Position numbers and translations under genes: made by a program. 21,247 nt of DNA from a virus: the IMG/VR virus record IMGVR_UViG_3300038317_000206, positions 1 through 21,247 of that record; one strand, given 5' to 3'. Numbering within the stretch: the first letter of the stretch is position 1; the number at the start of each line of letters is the position of its first letter. The notes below the pieces were generated by a model. The model was not told where the DNA came from, made no database searches, and worked only from the letters and a program-made list of their open reading frames with translations. Shown here in pieces: positions 8,906 through 16,600 of the stretch.

Positions 8906-9119
8906 AAAACGCAGGGGGCGACCAAGATCTATAGACGTTCGCAGGTATAAGAAGGGCGAAAAGGGAACCAGGATTTTCAAGACGGAGGATCTTGAAGCTG
9001 AAATGGAGTTAAAACTATCCCCTGAACGGCGCGGGAATCTCTACGTAGGCATTGAATTTGAGAACTGCGAATTTGTTGTGTTGGTAAAGAGGCCAAAGGG
9101 TGGTATGAATGAAAATTAA
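8895..9119 (+). CDS. Small basic protein with AT-hook-like RRGRPR motif
   Basis: MKTEKRRGRPRS; overlaps both neighbouring genes. Confidence 0.6.
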   Translation: MKTEKRRGRPRSIDVRRYKKGEKGTRIFKTEDLEAEMELKLSPERRGNLYVGIEFENCEFVVLVKRPKGGMNEN

Positions 9120-9525
9120 AATATTTGAACCCGGATACGACAAAAAAGAATTTTATGGGTATATGGGTGATGCGCTTACAATGCCAGATATCAAGAAAGA
9201 ACTACCATACATAGGAAACACTAAAGATTCCGTTTGGTTCTTGGCGCTCGACGAAGAAAATCTTACTGGATTTATGTCAATAGAAAATACAAAAGGAAAA
9301 GTAGTTTTCAAATCTGGATATGTTTATCCTGAATATAGAGGTAAGGGGATTTTCAGAACAATATTTGAAGCAGGCTACGAGTACACAGCCTCCAAATACC
9401 CAAATCTTCCATATACAACAGCGTGCGCGACTCCGTGTTTAATGAACTTACTAAAAAAATATGGATTTAAAGAAACGAAACGTACTAAAAATTATGTGTT
9501 CATGGGGAGGGAACCAGAAGCGTGA
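9109..9525 (+). CDS. GNAT-family acetyltransferase
   Basis: Acetyl-CoA motif A (YVYPEYRGKGIFRTI) and C-terminal LLKKYGF. Confidence 0.85.
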   Translation: MKIKIFEPGYDKKEFYGYMGDALTMPDIKKELPYIGNTKDSVWFLALDEENLTGFMSIENTKGKVVFKSGYVYPEYRGKGIFRTIFEAGYEYTASKYPNLPYTTACATPCLMNLLKKYGFKETKRTKNYVFMGREPEA

Positions 9526-10814
9526 AACTATACTCCAACGTTGATGTATATACAGCCGCCAGCCTCCGCATGAATTATATATTTGAAAACTTTGAAAAAA
9601 TATGCGTTTCGTTTTCAGGAGGTAAGGATTCTGGAGTAGCACTAATGCTTGCATTACAAGCAGCTAAAAAATATAATAAAAAAATTGGTGTTCTATTCAT
9701 TGATTTGGAGGGGCAATACAAACTTACTATAGATTACATAGAGCGCGTACTCAATGACAATTCCGAATGGATTGATCCATATTGGGTTTGCCTACCCATC
9801 AATCTTAGAAACGCTGTATCAGTATATCAGCCTTTCTGGTGTTGCTGGGAACCAGGGCACGAAGACAAATGGATAAGACAAATGCCATCACATCCTGCAG
9901 TAATCTCTGATCAATCATATTTTCCATTCTGGAAGTATAGAATGGAATTTGAAGAGTTTGTACCTGAGTTTGCTAAATGGTATGCGGACGGAGAAAAAAC
10001 GGCTACAATTGTAGGCATTAGATCAGACGAGAGTCTGAACCGATACAGGACAATAGCATCTAAATCGAAGGAAACTATAGATGGGAATCAATGGACTACC
10101 AGGCTATTTCAAGATCAAGATATTTACAATGTATACCCAATCTATGACTGGAGAACTGAAGATATCTGGACTGCTAATGGAAGATTTGAGTGGGACTATA
10201 ATCGACTATATGACATGTTTTACAAAGCAGGCGTTCCCCTTTCTAATATGAGGATCTGTCAGCCGTACGGCGACGACCAGAGGATTGGGTTAAATCTTTT
10301 CAGAGTAATTGAGCCTGAAACGTGGGCTAAGGTCGTTAACAGGGTATCTGGAGCAAACTTTGGAAACATATACGCAGGAAACAAGATCTTAGGATATCGA
10401 AACGTGAAACTACCACCAAATCATACATGGGAGAGTTATACAAATTTGTTGTTAGCTACACTTCCTAATGAAATGCGTGATAATTATATTAATAAATTTA
10501 AGAAGTTCGTAGCACATTGGAGGGACAAAGGATCCGGTCTCCCTGAGGACATTATTCCATCATTACCAGACTGTGCTGAAGTAAGTGATGAGATTACAAC
10601 AAGGGGTAGCAAGGATAAAAGACTTGTTAGGTTCTATAAAGTTCCAGATACAATGGATCATAAATTAGAGAGTAAACATGCAGGGCCCACCTGGAGAAGG
10701 ATGGCAATATGTATACTCAAAAATGATTATTTATGTAAGGGGCTGAGTTTTGCGCAGACTAAAGACCAATCTGAAAAAATGAGATTGCTTATTGATAAAT
10801 ATAAAAACATCTGA
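9522..10814 (+). CDS. PAPS-reductase-like / DUF3440 protein (YbdN/IbrA-like)
   Basis: PP-loop SFSGGKDS, plus GIRSDESLNR, PIYDW and MRICQPYG motifs; long C-terminal extension ending WRRMAICILKND. Confidence 0.85.
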   Translation: MKLYSNVDVYTAASLRMNYIFENFEKICVSFSGGKDSGVALMLALQAAKKYNKKIGVLFIDLEGQYKLTIDYIERVLNDNSEWIDPYWVCLPINLRNAVSVYQPFWCCWEPGHEDKWIRQMPSHPAVISDQSYFPFWKYRMEFEEFVPEFAKWYADGEKTATIVGIRSDESLNRYRTIASKSKETIDGNQWTTRLFQDQDIYNVYPIYDWRTEDIWTANGRFEWDYNRLYDMFYKAGVPLSNMRICQPYGDDQRIGLNLFRVIEPETWAKVVNRVSGANFGNIYAGNKILGYRNVKLPPNHTWESYTNLLLATLPNEMRDNYINKFKKFVAHWRDKGSGLPEDIIPSLPDCAEVSDEITTRGSKDKRLVRFYKVPDTMDHKLESKHAGPTWRRMAICILKNDYLCKGLSFAQTKDQSEKMRLLIDKYKNI

Positions 10815-10826
10815 GAGGTTGTTAGA

Positions 10827-11360
10827 ATGTCAGAAGATTTTATAAGTCCAGTTTATTCAGTCAAAGCTATATCTATTGAAAAAGTCATTGCAAATGATTA
10901 TAATCCTAACCGGGTTGCCCCCCCAGAGATGAGATTATTAGAATTATCAATATGGGAAGATGGGTATACTCAACCTGTAGTCACATATTATGATGTTGAA
11001 AAGGACCTATATATCGTTGTTGATGGTTTTCATAGATACCAAATCATGAAAACAAGCAAAAGAGTTTTTGAGCGTGAAAAAGGTCTACTCCCGGTAGTTG
11101 TGATTGATAAAGATTTAGGGGAAAGAATTGCATCAACTATAAGACACAACAGGGCTAGGGGCACTCATGATGTAGATTTAATGAGTTCTATAGTAGCAGA
11201 GCTACATTTTATCGGAAAATCAGATTCGTGGATATCTAAAAAACTCGGTATGGACGCCGACGAAGTTCTCAGGCTTAAACAAGTCGGAGGGCTTGCTGAT
11301 TTATTCAGAGATAAAGAGTTTAGCCAGTCGTGGGATGTAGTCGACGACGTGGAGGTATAA
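10827..11360 (+). CDS. ParB/Srx-like N-terminal domain protein (YbdM/IbrB-like)
   Basis: ANDYNPN, IVVDGFHRY and STIRHNRARG motifs; directly follows the DUF3440 gene. Confidence 0.88.
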   Translation: MSEDFISPVYSVKAISIEKVIANDYNPNRVAPPEMRLLELSIWEDGYTQPVVTYYDVEKDLYIVVDGFHRYQIMKTSKRVFEREKGLLPVVVIDKDLGERIASTIRHNRARGTHDVDLMSSIVAELHFIGKSDSWISKKLGMDADEVLRLKQVGGLADLFRDKEFSQSWDVVDDVEV

Positions 11361-12031
11361 TGCAGGCAAAAATACAATCATTCGGCAAACCCCCACTCCC
11401 GAGAGGTTACACCCCAACTCACGTTATCACTAAAAGGAAATGTGGTAATAAATTTTTACTTGCATATATATACAAAGCAAAAGGACGTGAAATACATCAC
11501 CTCGTATTTGGGTCAAACGTTCATGACGATATATCAAAGGGTAATTTCATTTCTGAAGATCCAGAAAAACAAAAATCGTTAGACGTTGCAAGAAACTTCC
11601 TTTTAAAAATGCCCGCAAATCCAATATTTGAAACTGATTATAAAGATAAAAACAATCCAGGTACTTACAAGGGGAAGATTTTCAACGAACCGTTTCTTGC
11701 AATATTTGATACTCATTGGGTAAATGATCGTATAGGAGTGGATTGGAAGAACGGGGTATTCCACGAGGATTATAAAAACGATTACGAAATCAAAGCTTAC
11801 ATTTTAAATGAATTGTTCAATCAGACTCATGGATTTCCATTAAAAGATTTCATATTTGTTTTTTTGAAAGATGGGTATGAATATCATGCGGAATGCATCA
11901 CTGACCAAAAAGCATGGAAACGTAAAGGGAATATGATTAAGAATGCACTCGATAGTATAAAAAGGCTAGAGTTTGAAAAAAAAGTATCATTTTCCTGCCA
12001 ATGGTGTGAGTTTCAGGGGATGTGTATATGA
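11360..12031 (+). CDS. PD-(D/E)XK nuclease, RecB/AddB/Cas4-like, with possible Fe-S cysteine staple
   Basis: KCGNKF, FGSNVH, FDTH...VDWKNG and C-terminal CQWCEFQGMC; start at TAATG overlapping the ParB stop. Confidence 0.7.
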   Translation: MQAKIQSFGKPPLPRGYTPTHVITKRKCGNKFLLAYIYKAKGREIHHLVFGSNVHDDISKGNFISEDPEKQKSLDVARNFLLKMPANPIFETDYKDKNNPGTYKGKIFNEPFLAIFDTHWVNDRIGVDWKNGVFHEDYKNDYEIKAYILNELFNQTHGFPLKDFIFVFLKDGYEYHAECITDQKAWKRKGNMIKNALDSIKRLEFEKKVSFSCQWCEFQGMCI

Positions 12032-12191
12032 CTGAAAATGGACCATGTTTTGTATGCGGAAAACCATCGCTCCATAATGTATTTTCACCCCAATAATATT
12101 TTCCAGATATTCCTTTTGTGTTTTCCATAACCTGTTAGTAGACTCTTGTTTCAATTTTCCTTTAATACTCTTTTTCCACACAGTCTAATAT

Positions 12192-14027
12192 ATGCCAGAT
12201 TCAGATCAACTCTTTTCTACAACTCCAAAAGACCTCCAAGCCTCTCCAGTAGGCGCCGGAGTCGCGGAACCCTCAGATTATCCCTATTTCTCCCATGAAA
12301 AAACCCTAAAATGGATAAATGAAACCAAAGAGAAACTCCCTCGCGCGACTCCAAAAATGAGACAAGAGGCGTTTTTAGCAGATCCATTACTCAAAGGGAC
12401 AATCTACCCATACCTAAAAAATGTCCTCCTCAAGGGGTTTTCAATACAGACTAAAGATAATAAACTGTATTCTGCAGCAATCGAAGAGATAACAGACTAT
12501 CTAGAGTCTCTCGATTTAATGCAGGTTTTCCGCGATGACTATCTAGATTTCGCAATTCTGACCGGAAACTCATACCGCAGGATGGACCCTGACAAAACAG
12601 GAAACATCATAAGACTGGAAAAAATAGAACCTTCCTCAGTTGAAGTCTATAATGACCCCTGGGACTCCTCAGTCGTGGCCTATCATCAACATGCAAGGAT
12701 TCAGAAAACATGGTCAAAATTTGGATCTTATGAGGATGTCGATAGCTGGTTTATTCCGTACACTCTTGCCACTTTTGAAATTCCTATCACCATACATGAT
12801 GTTAATGCTACCTACATTCAGGGGCGTGGGGTTGGTAACAATTTAAAAGTCTATGATCTGTTCGAGACATATAAAAATAAATACAATATATCATCAATCT
12901 CAAATCTTAGAATTGCAGCAGCTGAGCGCGTAATTGCTATGCATAATACACAGGCTACGCAGAAATATAATTATGATGATGACGACGACAGTTACAAGAA
13001 TTATAATCCTGCGCCAATCGATTCCGTAATCTTAGCTATCTGGCTTAAACGTTTACTTCTTGTCACATCTCCGAATCTAATCTATGCTGCTCTCTCCCCG
13101 TTCCTACATTTGATATCTGGAGTTCTAAAAGAGAGCAAGGACAACATGGGCAATCCTGTAATCATTTCATCACTTCCTAAGAAACCGTACCAAGGTTCAA
13201 TGAACTATGAAGCTGAACTGGCTAACTATAATGCGTTTGTAGATTCGATAAACAAAGCTGGAAAGGAAGTTATCAACTCCCTCAAAAACGGCGGAGTCTT
13301 TGTATCAGGTCCAGACATAGCACTTAAACCGGTTGAATCTTCGAGAAATGTGTCATTCCAGCTAATACAAGGACTTATTAACAATCTCAATGAGGAAATA
13401 GGGTTTAATTTTGGTTTTCCAATGTCGCTAGTGCTGGCAACAGGCACTGAACTTGCATCATCCCGCAACATCCTTCAAATATTCAACTCAGTGCACGCGG
13501 GGGAGCGCACGGAATATGAAGCGGTTGCAGATAGGATTATACGGCTTATGTTCGAAGGAAGAACCTGGCAGGGTATAACAACAGACGGAGAAGAAGAAAC
13601 AACTGTAACATATTCTTTTGATGATATAAAAGCGCGGTTTGTTCTGGATATGCCAGATACTAAAGATCTACTCACCGAGGCGCAGACATTCAAAACACGG
13701 GCAGAGACATTAACTCAGATCAAATATATAGGAGCCTGCAGGGAAGATCTGCAAGCCCTTGGAGAGGAATACGGGTTTGGACTGCTGGGGCTTGACAATT
13801 TCAGAGCTGCTACTGAGCCGGATAACCTCATGATTCCACAACAGGATGCAAGCGCGATCAATGCAATATTAAAATCATGTTTGTATCAGGTCCTGCAGGA
13901 GGATGGATTGATTTCTAAGGCAAATCCAACGGCTCCCAGTGGATTTAAAGAAGATAAGATTGTAAAAAAATTACAGGACGCTTATGAGACTGCGCAGGAG
14001 ACAATATTAGAAGTCTTTGACGTATAA
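12192..14027 (+). CDS. Portal protein
   Basis: 611 aa; portal-like patterns DPLLKGTI, DFAILTGNSY and LEKIEPSSVEV; located between terL and the gp7-like gene. Confidence 0.8.
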   Translation: MPDSDQLFSTTPKDLQASPVGAGVAEPSDYPYFSHEKTLKWINETKEKLPRATPKMRQEAFLADPLLKGTIYPYLKNVLLKGFSIQTKDNKLYSAAIEEITDYLESLDLMQVFRDDYLDFAILTGNSYRRMDPDKTGNIIRLEKIEPSSVEVYNDPWDSSVVAYHQHARIQKTWSKFGSYEDVDSWFIPYTLATFEIPITIHDVNATYIQGRGVGNNLKVYDLFETYKNKYNISSISNLRIAAAERVIAMHNTQATQKYNYDDDDDSYKNYNPAPIDSVILAIWLKRLLLVTSPNLIYAALSPFLHLISGVLKESKDNMGNPVIISSLPKKPYQGSMNYEAELANYNAFVDSINKAGKEVINSLKNGGVFVSGPDIALKPVESSRNVSFQLIQGLINNLNEEIGFNFGFPMSLVLATGTELASSRNILQIFNSVHAGERTEYEAVADRIIRLMFEGRTWQGITTDGEEETTVTYSFDDIKARFVLDMPDTKDLLTEAQTFKTRAETLTQIKYIGACREDLQALGEEYGFGLLGLDNFRAATEPDNLMIPQQDASAINAILKSCLYQVLQEDGLISKANPTAPSGFKEDKIVKKLQDAYETAQETILEVFDV

Positions 14028-14148
14028 GGTTGAAGTTTGTATATTTTCTCGTCAGACGGCTCCTCATGAAGCCAACTTTTAAAATTAATTAGATAACTAT
14101 CTTACATTCAATTTTCCTTTTTTATATCAACAACATTCTTTTTAATCG

Positions 14149-14967
14149 ATGACATTTAACCTCACCACCTTCAAGAAATCCATTAAAACTTCTTTTAAAC
14201 AGATAACAAAATCACAAGCTGAAGCTCTGTCCCTTGAAATCGCCGTAAACTACACAGCAGGCAGGACCGCAGCAGCAAAACACCAGTCCACAAAGTCACT
14301 CAGATCTGAAGAACTAGATGATGACGAAGGACTCACGACCGAGGAAAAAGCTGAAATCGCCGTATTAGTAGCACTATTTTTAGGATATATTAATAAATTT
14401 AATGATGTTGCCCAGGATCAGATCATATCTCAAGTCAAAACTATGGTCAAAGATGGAAAAACAGCGGATGAGATCCGAGACTATGTTCAGGCAGTCTTCT
14501 CCGGAGAGGAAACAATCATAATTGACAATGTAGGCAAAACGAAAAAAGAAATTTACGTTGATAAGAACCTCAAATTATCCGAGGTATCTAAGACGATTGA
14601 GAATCCATTTTATGCGTCTGTTCTAGTATATGCGTCTCTTCTAGGGGAGAACGCCGCACACAGAGCTTATGAGGCGGGCAGAACATCACAAAATAAAATA
14701 GACGGCTTCGACAGTTGGGTTTTCGCAGGTCCTGCAGATGAACGAGCGCGTCCTTGGCATATTGCCCTATTAGGTCAGGTCTACAAATATGGTACTGTAC
14801 AATCCGAATACGCTGAGAGCTGTCTGAGAGAACCCAGATGCCGTCACCGAGCGCAGGTCTATTATGGAGATTCCAGGGATGTACCCGCGGAGAGATGGGA
14901 GAAATTAAAAAAGGATGTTGGGTTGCATTGGGATGATGAAAAGATGGAATGGAGCATCGGCATTTAA
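14149..14967 (+). CDS. Minor head/morphogenesis protein (SPP1 gp7 / Mu gpF-like)
   Basis: W...DERARPWHIALLG...PRCRHR resembles the gp7 D-x-R-x-R-x-x-H ... P-x-C-R-C motif; follows portal. Confidence 0.75.
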   Translation: MTFNLTTFKKSIKTSFKQITKSQAEALSLEIAVNYTAGRTAAAKHQSTKSLRSEELDDDEGLTTEEKAEIAVLVALFLGYINKFNDVAQDQIISQVKTMVKDGKTADEIRDYVQAVFSGEETIIIDNVGKTKKEIYVDKNLKLSEVSKTIENPFYASVLVYASLLGENAAHRAYEAGRTSQNKIDGFDSWVFAGPADERARPWHIALLGQVYKYGTVQSEYAESCLREPRCRHRAQVYYGDSRDVPAERWEKLKKDVGLHWDDEKMEWSIGI

Positions 14968-15001
14968 ATATATTTAAGTGTATATTTATAAGAAATATAA
15001 T

Positions 15002-15081
15002 AACAGTGCAGGCAGGGGAAAACGGACATTAACCCCTGATATCCTGCGTTCAGAAGGCGTTAACTTCTGTGGTGCACTGTT
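15002..15081 (-). ncRNA. Candidate structured antisense sRNA (closing stem plus two hairpins)
   Basis: 9-bp closing stem 15002-15010/15073-15081; 6-bp hairpins 15013-18/15033-38 and 15051-56/15064-69. Minus-strand TATA-like box at ~15111-15122; loop regions complementary to 15840-15852 and 15877-15884. Confidence 0.6.
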
Positions 15082-15148
15082 GATGCACTCAAATCATATA
15101 TTGAAAAATCATATATTTATATTTACTTCTCGTTTTAAAAAAAAGAAA

Positions 15149-15406
15149 TTAAAAATTGTTATTTCGTCTCATTTTGTAATCTATTTTTGAGATCGTATTT
15201 CTACCAACTCCTGTAAGAGCCGCGACCTCCCGGACTCCATAATAAAAACCAGTCTCCGGATTGATAGTCCGCAATTTCAGTTTAATATCCTTAATTACAG
15301 ACTCTTCAATTTTGTTGCTCGGTGTTGATCGCACCTGAGCTTCCTCTTGAAACGCTTTCCATCGAGATTCTGGAGTTCCTGAGGTGCAGTATCTCATATT
15401 CCCCAC
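15149..15406 (-). CDS. HTH DNA-binding protein
   Basis: C-terminal YGVREVAALTGVGRNTISKI is an HTH pattern; last gene of the leftward operon. Confidence 0.7.
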   Translation of the reverse strand: MGNMRYCTSGTPESRWKAFQEEAQVRSTPSNKIEESVIKDIKLKLRTINPETGFYYGVREVAALTGVGRNTISKIDYKMRRNNNF

Positions 15407-15570
15407 TCGGAGTCCTCCTCGTATGGATTCCGTACAGTATACAACGAACGGAGCTCGGTATCGTCTTCATCAGGGAAACATTCCGGATGCTCCTCCAAAA
15501 ATGTTGGGAAATCTGGGCTCGATTCTCCAAATGAGTCCGGATGAAGGGAATAATAGGTAGGGGATATCAT
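15394..15570 (-). CDS. Small acidic hypothetical protein
   Basis: MISPTYY... starts at an ATGA overlap (15570) with a GGAGGGGT RBS; very acidic. Confidence 0.55.
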   Translation of the reverse strand: MISPTYYSLHPDSFGESSPDFPTFLEEHPECFPDEDDTELRSLYTVRNPYEEDSEWGI

Positions 15571-15689
15571 AGCGCACCCCTCCAACTCTTTGCATTTGCA
15601 GCCCTCTTAAATCGAGGAAGCTGTTTATCGTGGCGGATTGCTTGAACCCGCCTGCCTGCCATTACAACCGTGAACTGTTTTTCAGTCAT
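15567..15689 (-). CDS. Small basic hypothetical protein (40 aa; not in ORF track)
   Basis: MTEKQFTVVMAGRRVQAIRHDKQLPRFKRAANAKSWRGAL*; ATGA overlaps at both ends; GGAGGT RBS. Confidence 0.55.
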   Translation of the reverse strand: MTEKQFTVVMAGRRVQAIRHDKQLPRFKRAANAKSWRGAL

Positions 15690-15838
15690 GCAGTGACCTC
15701 CGATAGATAGCAGGTTGCTACTGCACACCTGTCTCCATCGTCGAAATGGACTAGGGATTCGTCGTCATTCGACTGTATTACACGACCAGTTGTTTTCTGG
15801 TTTCCAAATCTTACTATTGTACCAAATTTAAAACTCAT
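15686..15838 (-). CDS. Small beta-rich hypothetical protein (50 aa; not in ORF track), first gene of the leftward operon
   Basis: MSFKFGTIVRFGNQKTTGRVIQSNDDESLVHFDDGDRCAVATCYLSEVTA*; AGAAGG upstream; SH3/KOW-like residue pattern. Confidence 0.6.
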   Translation of the reverse strand: MSFKFGTIVRFGNQKTTGRVIQSNDDESLVHFDDGDRCAVATCYLSEVTA

Positions 15839-15839
15839 T

Positions 15840-15897
15840 GTTAACGCCTTCTATATTTTTACACTTGGGCAATGTTTGTCCGTTGGCCCTAGTGCAA
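15840..15897 (-). promoter_or_regulatory. Structured 5' leader of the leftward operon; candidate antisense target
   Basis: Hairpin CACUAGGGCCAA-CGGACAAACA-UUGCCCAAGUG, then AGAAGGCGUUAAC two bases before the AUG. Confidence 0.55.
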
Positions 15898-15916
15898 GTA
15901 AGTATACACATCCAAA

Positions 15917-15969
15917 GTATATATAAGTTACCAATGGTAACAATATTACCTTAGGTAACTTATATATAC
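15917..15969. promoter_or_regulatory. Palindromic divergent promoter/operator
   Basis: Perfect 16-bp inverted repeat GTATATATAAGTTACC / GGTAACTTATATATAC containing back-to-back TATA boxes; inner (G/A)TTACC-N3-GGTAAC sites twice. Confidence 0.85.
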
Positions 15970-15990
15970 AATTAACATGTATCTAGATAT

Positions 15991-16218
15991 ATGGCAAAAG
16001 AACGCACTGGAGATTCCACTCACAAGAGAATCTCGTATAAAAATGTAGATAGAATTATGGATATTGGAAAAATGGGAGACTCATTTGATGATGTAATAAG
16101 CAGAGTATTGGATTACTGGGAAGATGGACATAAGAAAGGGGATGTGTTTTTAAAAGGGAAGGGTTTAACACATGATTTGATTGATTCGGTTCACGATTCT
16201 GTGTTCCCCCCACGTTAA
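15991..16218 (+). CDS. Ribbon-helix-helix (CopG/Arc-like) repressor, putative
   Basis: STHKRISYKNVDRIMDIGKMGDSFDDVISRVLD fits the archaeal RHH-like pattern; starts ~22 bp after the rightward TATA, so probably leaderless. Confidence 0.65.
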   Translation: MAKERTGDSTHKRISYKNVDRIMDIGKMGDSFDDVISRVLDYWEDGHKKGDVFLKGKGLTHDLIDSVHDSVFPPR

Positions 16219-16254
16219 AATTCTTGCAAAGTTTGACTGCAGATTATTATTTTA

Positions 16255-16437
16255 TCATTCATTTTCATAATATTTATCAATTTTATCTTTTTCCTCTTCT
16301 GTTATCTCTTCTAAAAACAATAAATACTCGTCAAGTCCAGCCATCATTATATATATATCAGATTTGTCCTCTGCTTCGAGGACTTTTTTACTTAAGTTAG
16401 AATGTGGATTAACCGAAGTTGATATGAAGTATCTCAT
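16255..16437 (-). CDS. Small hypothetical protein
   Basis: 60-aa ORF with ATGA overlap and AGGAG RBS. Confidence 0.55.
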   Translation of the reverse strand: MRYFISTSVNPHSNLSKKVLEAEDKSDIYIMMAGLDEYLLFLEEITEEEKDKIDKYYENE

Positions 16438-16583
16438 TTTTCACACTCCTTCTCTTCAATAAGTTTTAATCTGGCAAATCCTACATCTTGTGTAAAATTC
16501 GAAGGAAATATCATATTTCCGTACTCATCTTCTGTAACAATTCCTTTATATTTATCATTTACATATAATTCATATTTGTTCAT
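16434..16583 (-). CDS. Small hypothetical protein (49 aa; not in ORF track)
   Basis: MNKYELYVNDKYKGIVTEDEYGNMIFPSNFTQDVGFARLKLIEEKECEK*; GGAGAGG RBS; overlaps the next gene. Confidence 0.55.
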   Translation of the reverse strand: MNKYELYVNDKYKGIVTEDEYGNMIFPSNFTQDVGFARLKLIEEKECEK

Positions 16584-16600
16584 TTATTTCCTCTCCTTTT

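Noticed and set aside
12028-12096. 22-aa micro-ORF MTENGPCFVCGKPSLHNVFSPQ overlapping the nuclease stop
   Set aside because: The ATGA overlap and CxxC hint at a truncated Zn-finger gene, but it is too short to support without homologs.
4652-12150. Terminal direct repeats or a transposase delimiting the cassette
   Set aside because: No convincing target-site duplication, terminal repeat or mobility gene was found by eye, so the boundaries are approximate.
15002-15081. tRNA or hammerhead ribozyme interpretation of the structured element
   Set aside because: No T-loop or D-loop consensus and only two internal arms; no CUGANGA/GAAA core on either strand. Other ribozyme classes were not excluded.
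14978-15190. Plus-strand 70-aa ORF over the structured element
   Set aside because: No RBS, low-complexity tail, and it overlaps a convergent gene; the structure and complementarity are better explained as RNA.
15891-15896. Third sRNA-leader match (AGUGCA/UGCACU)
   Set aside because: Only 6 nt, buried in the closing stem and not colinear with the two main pairings.
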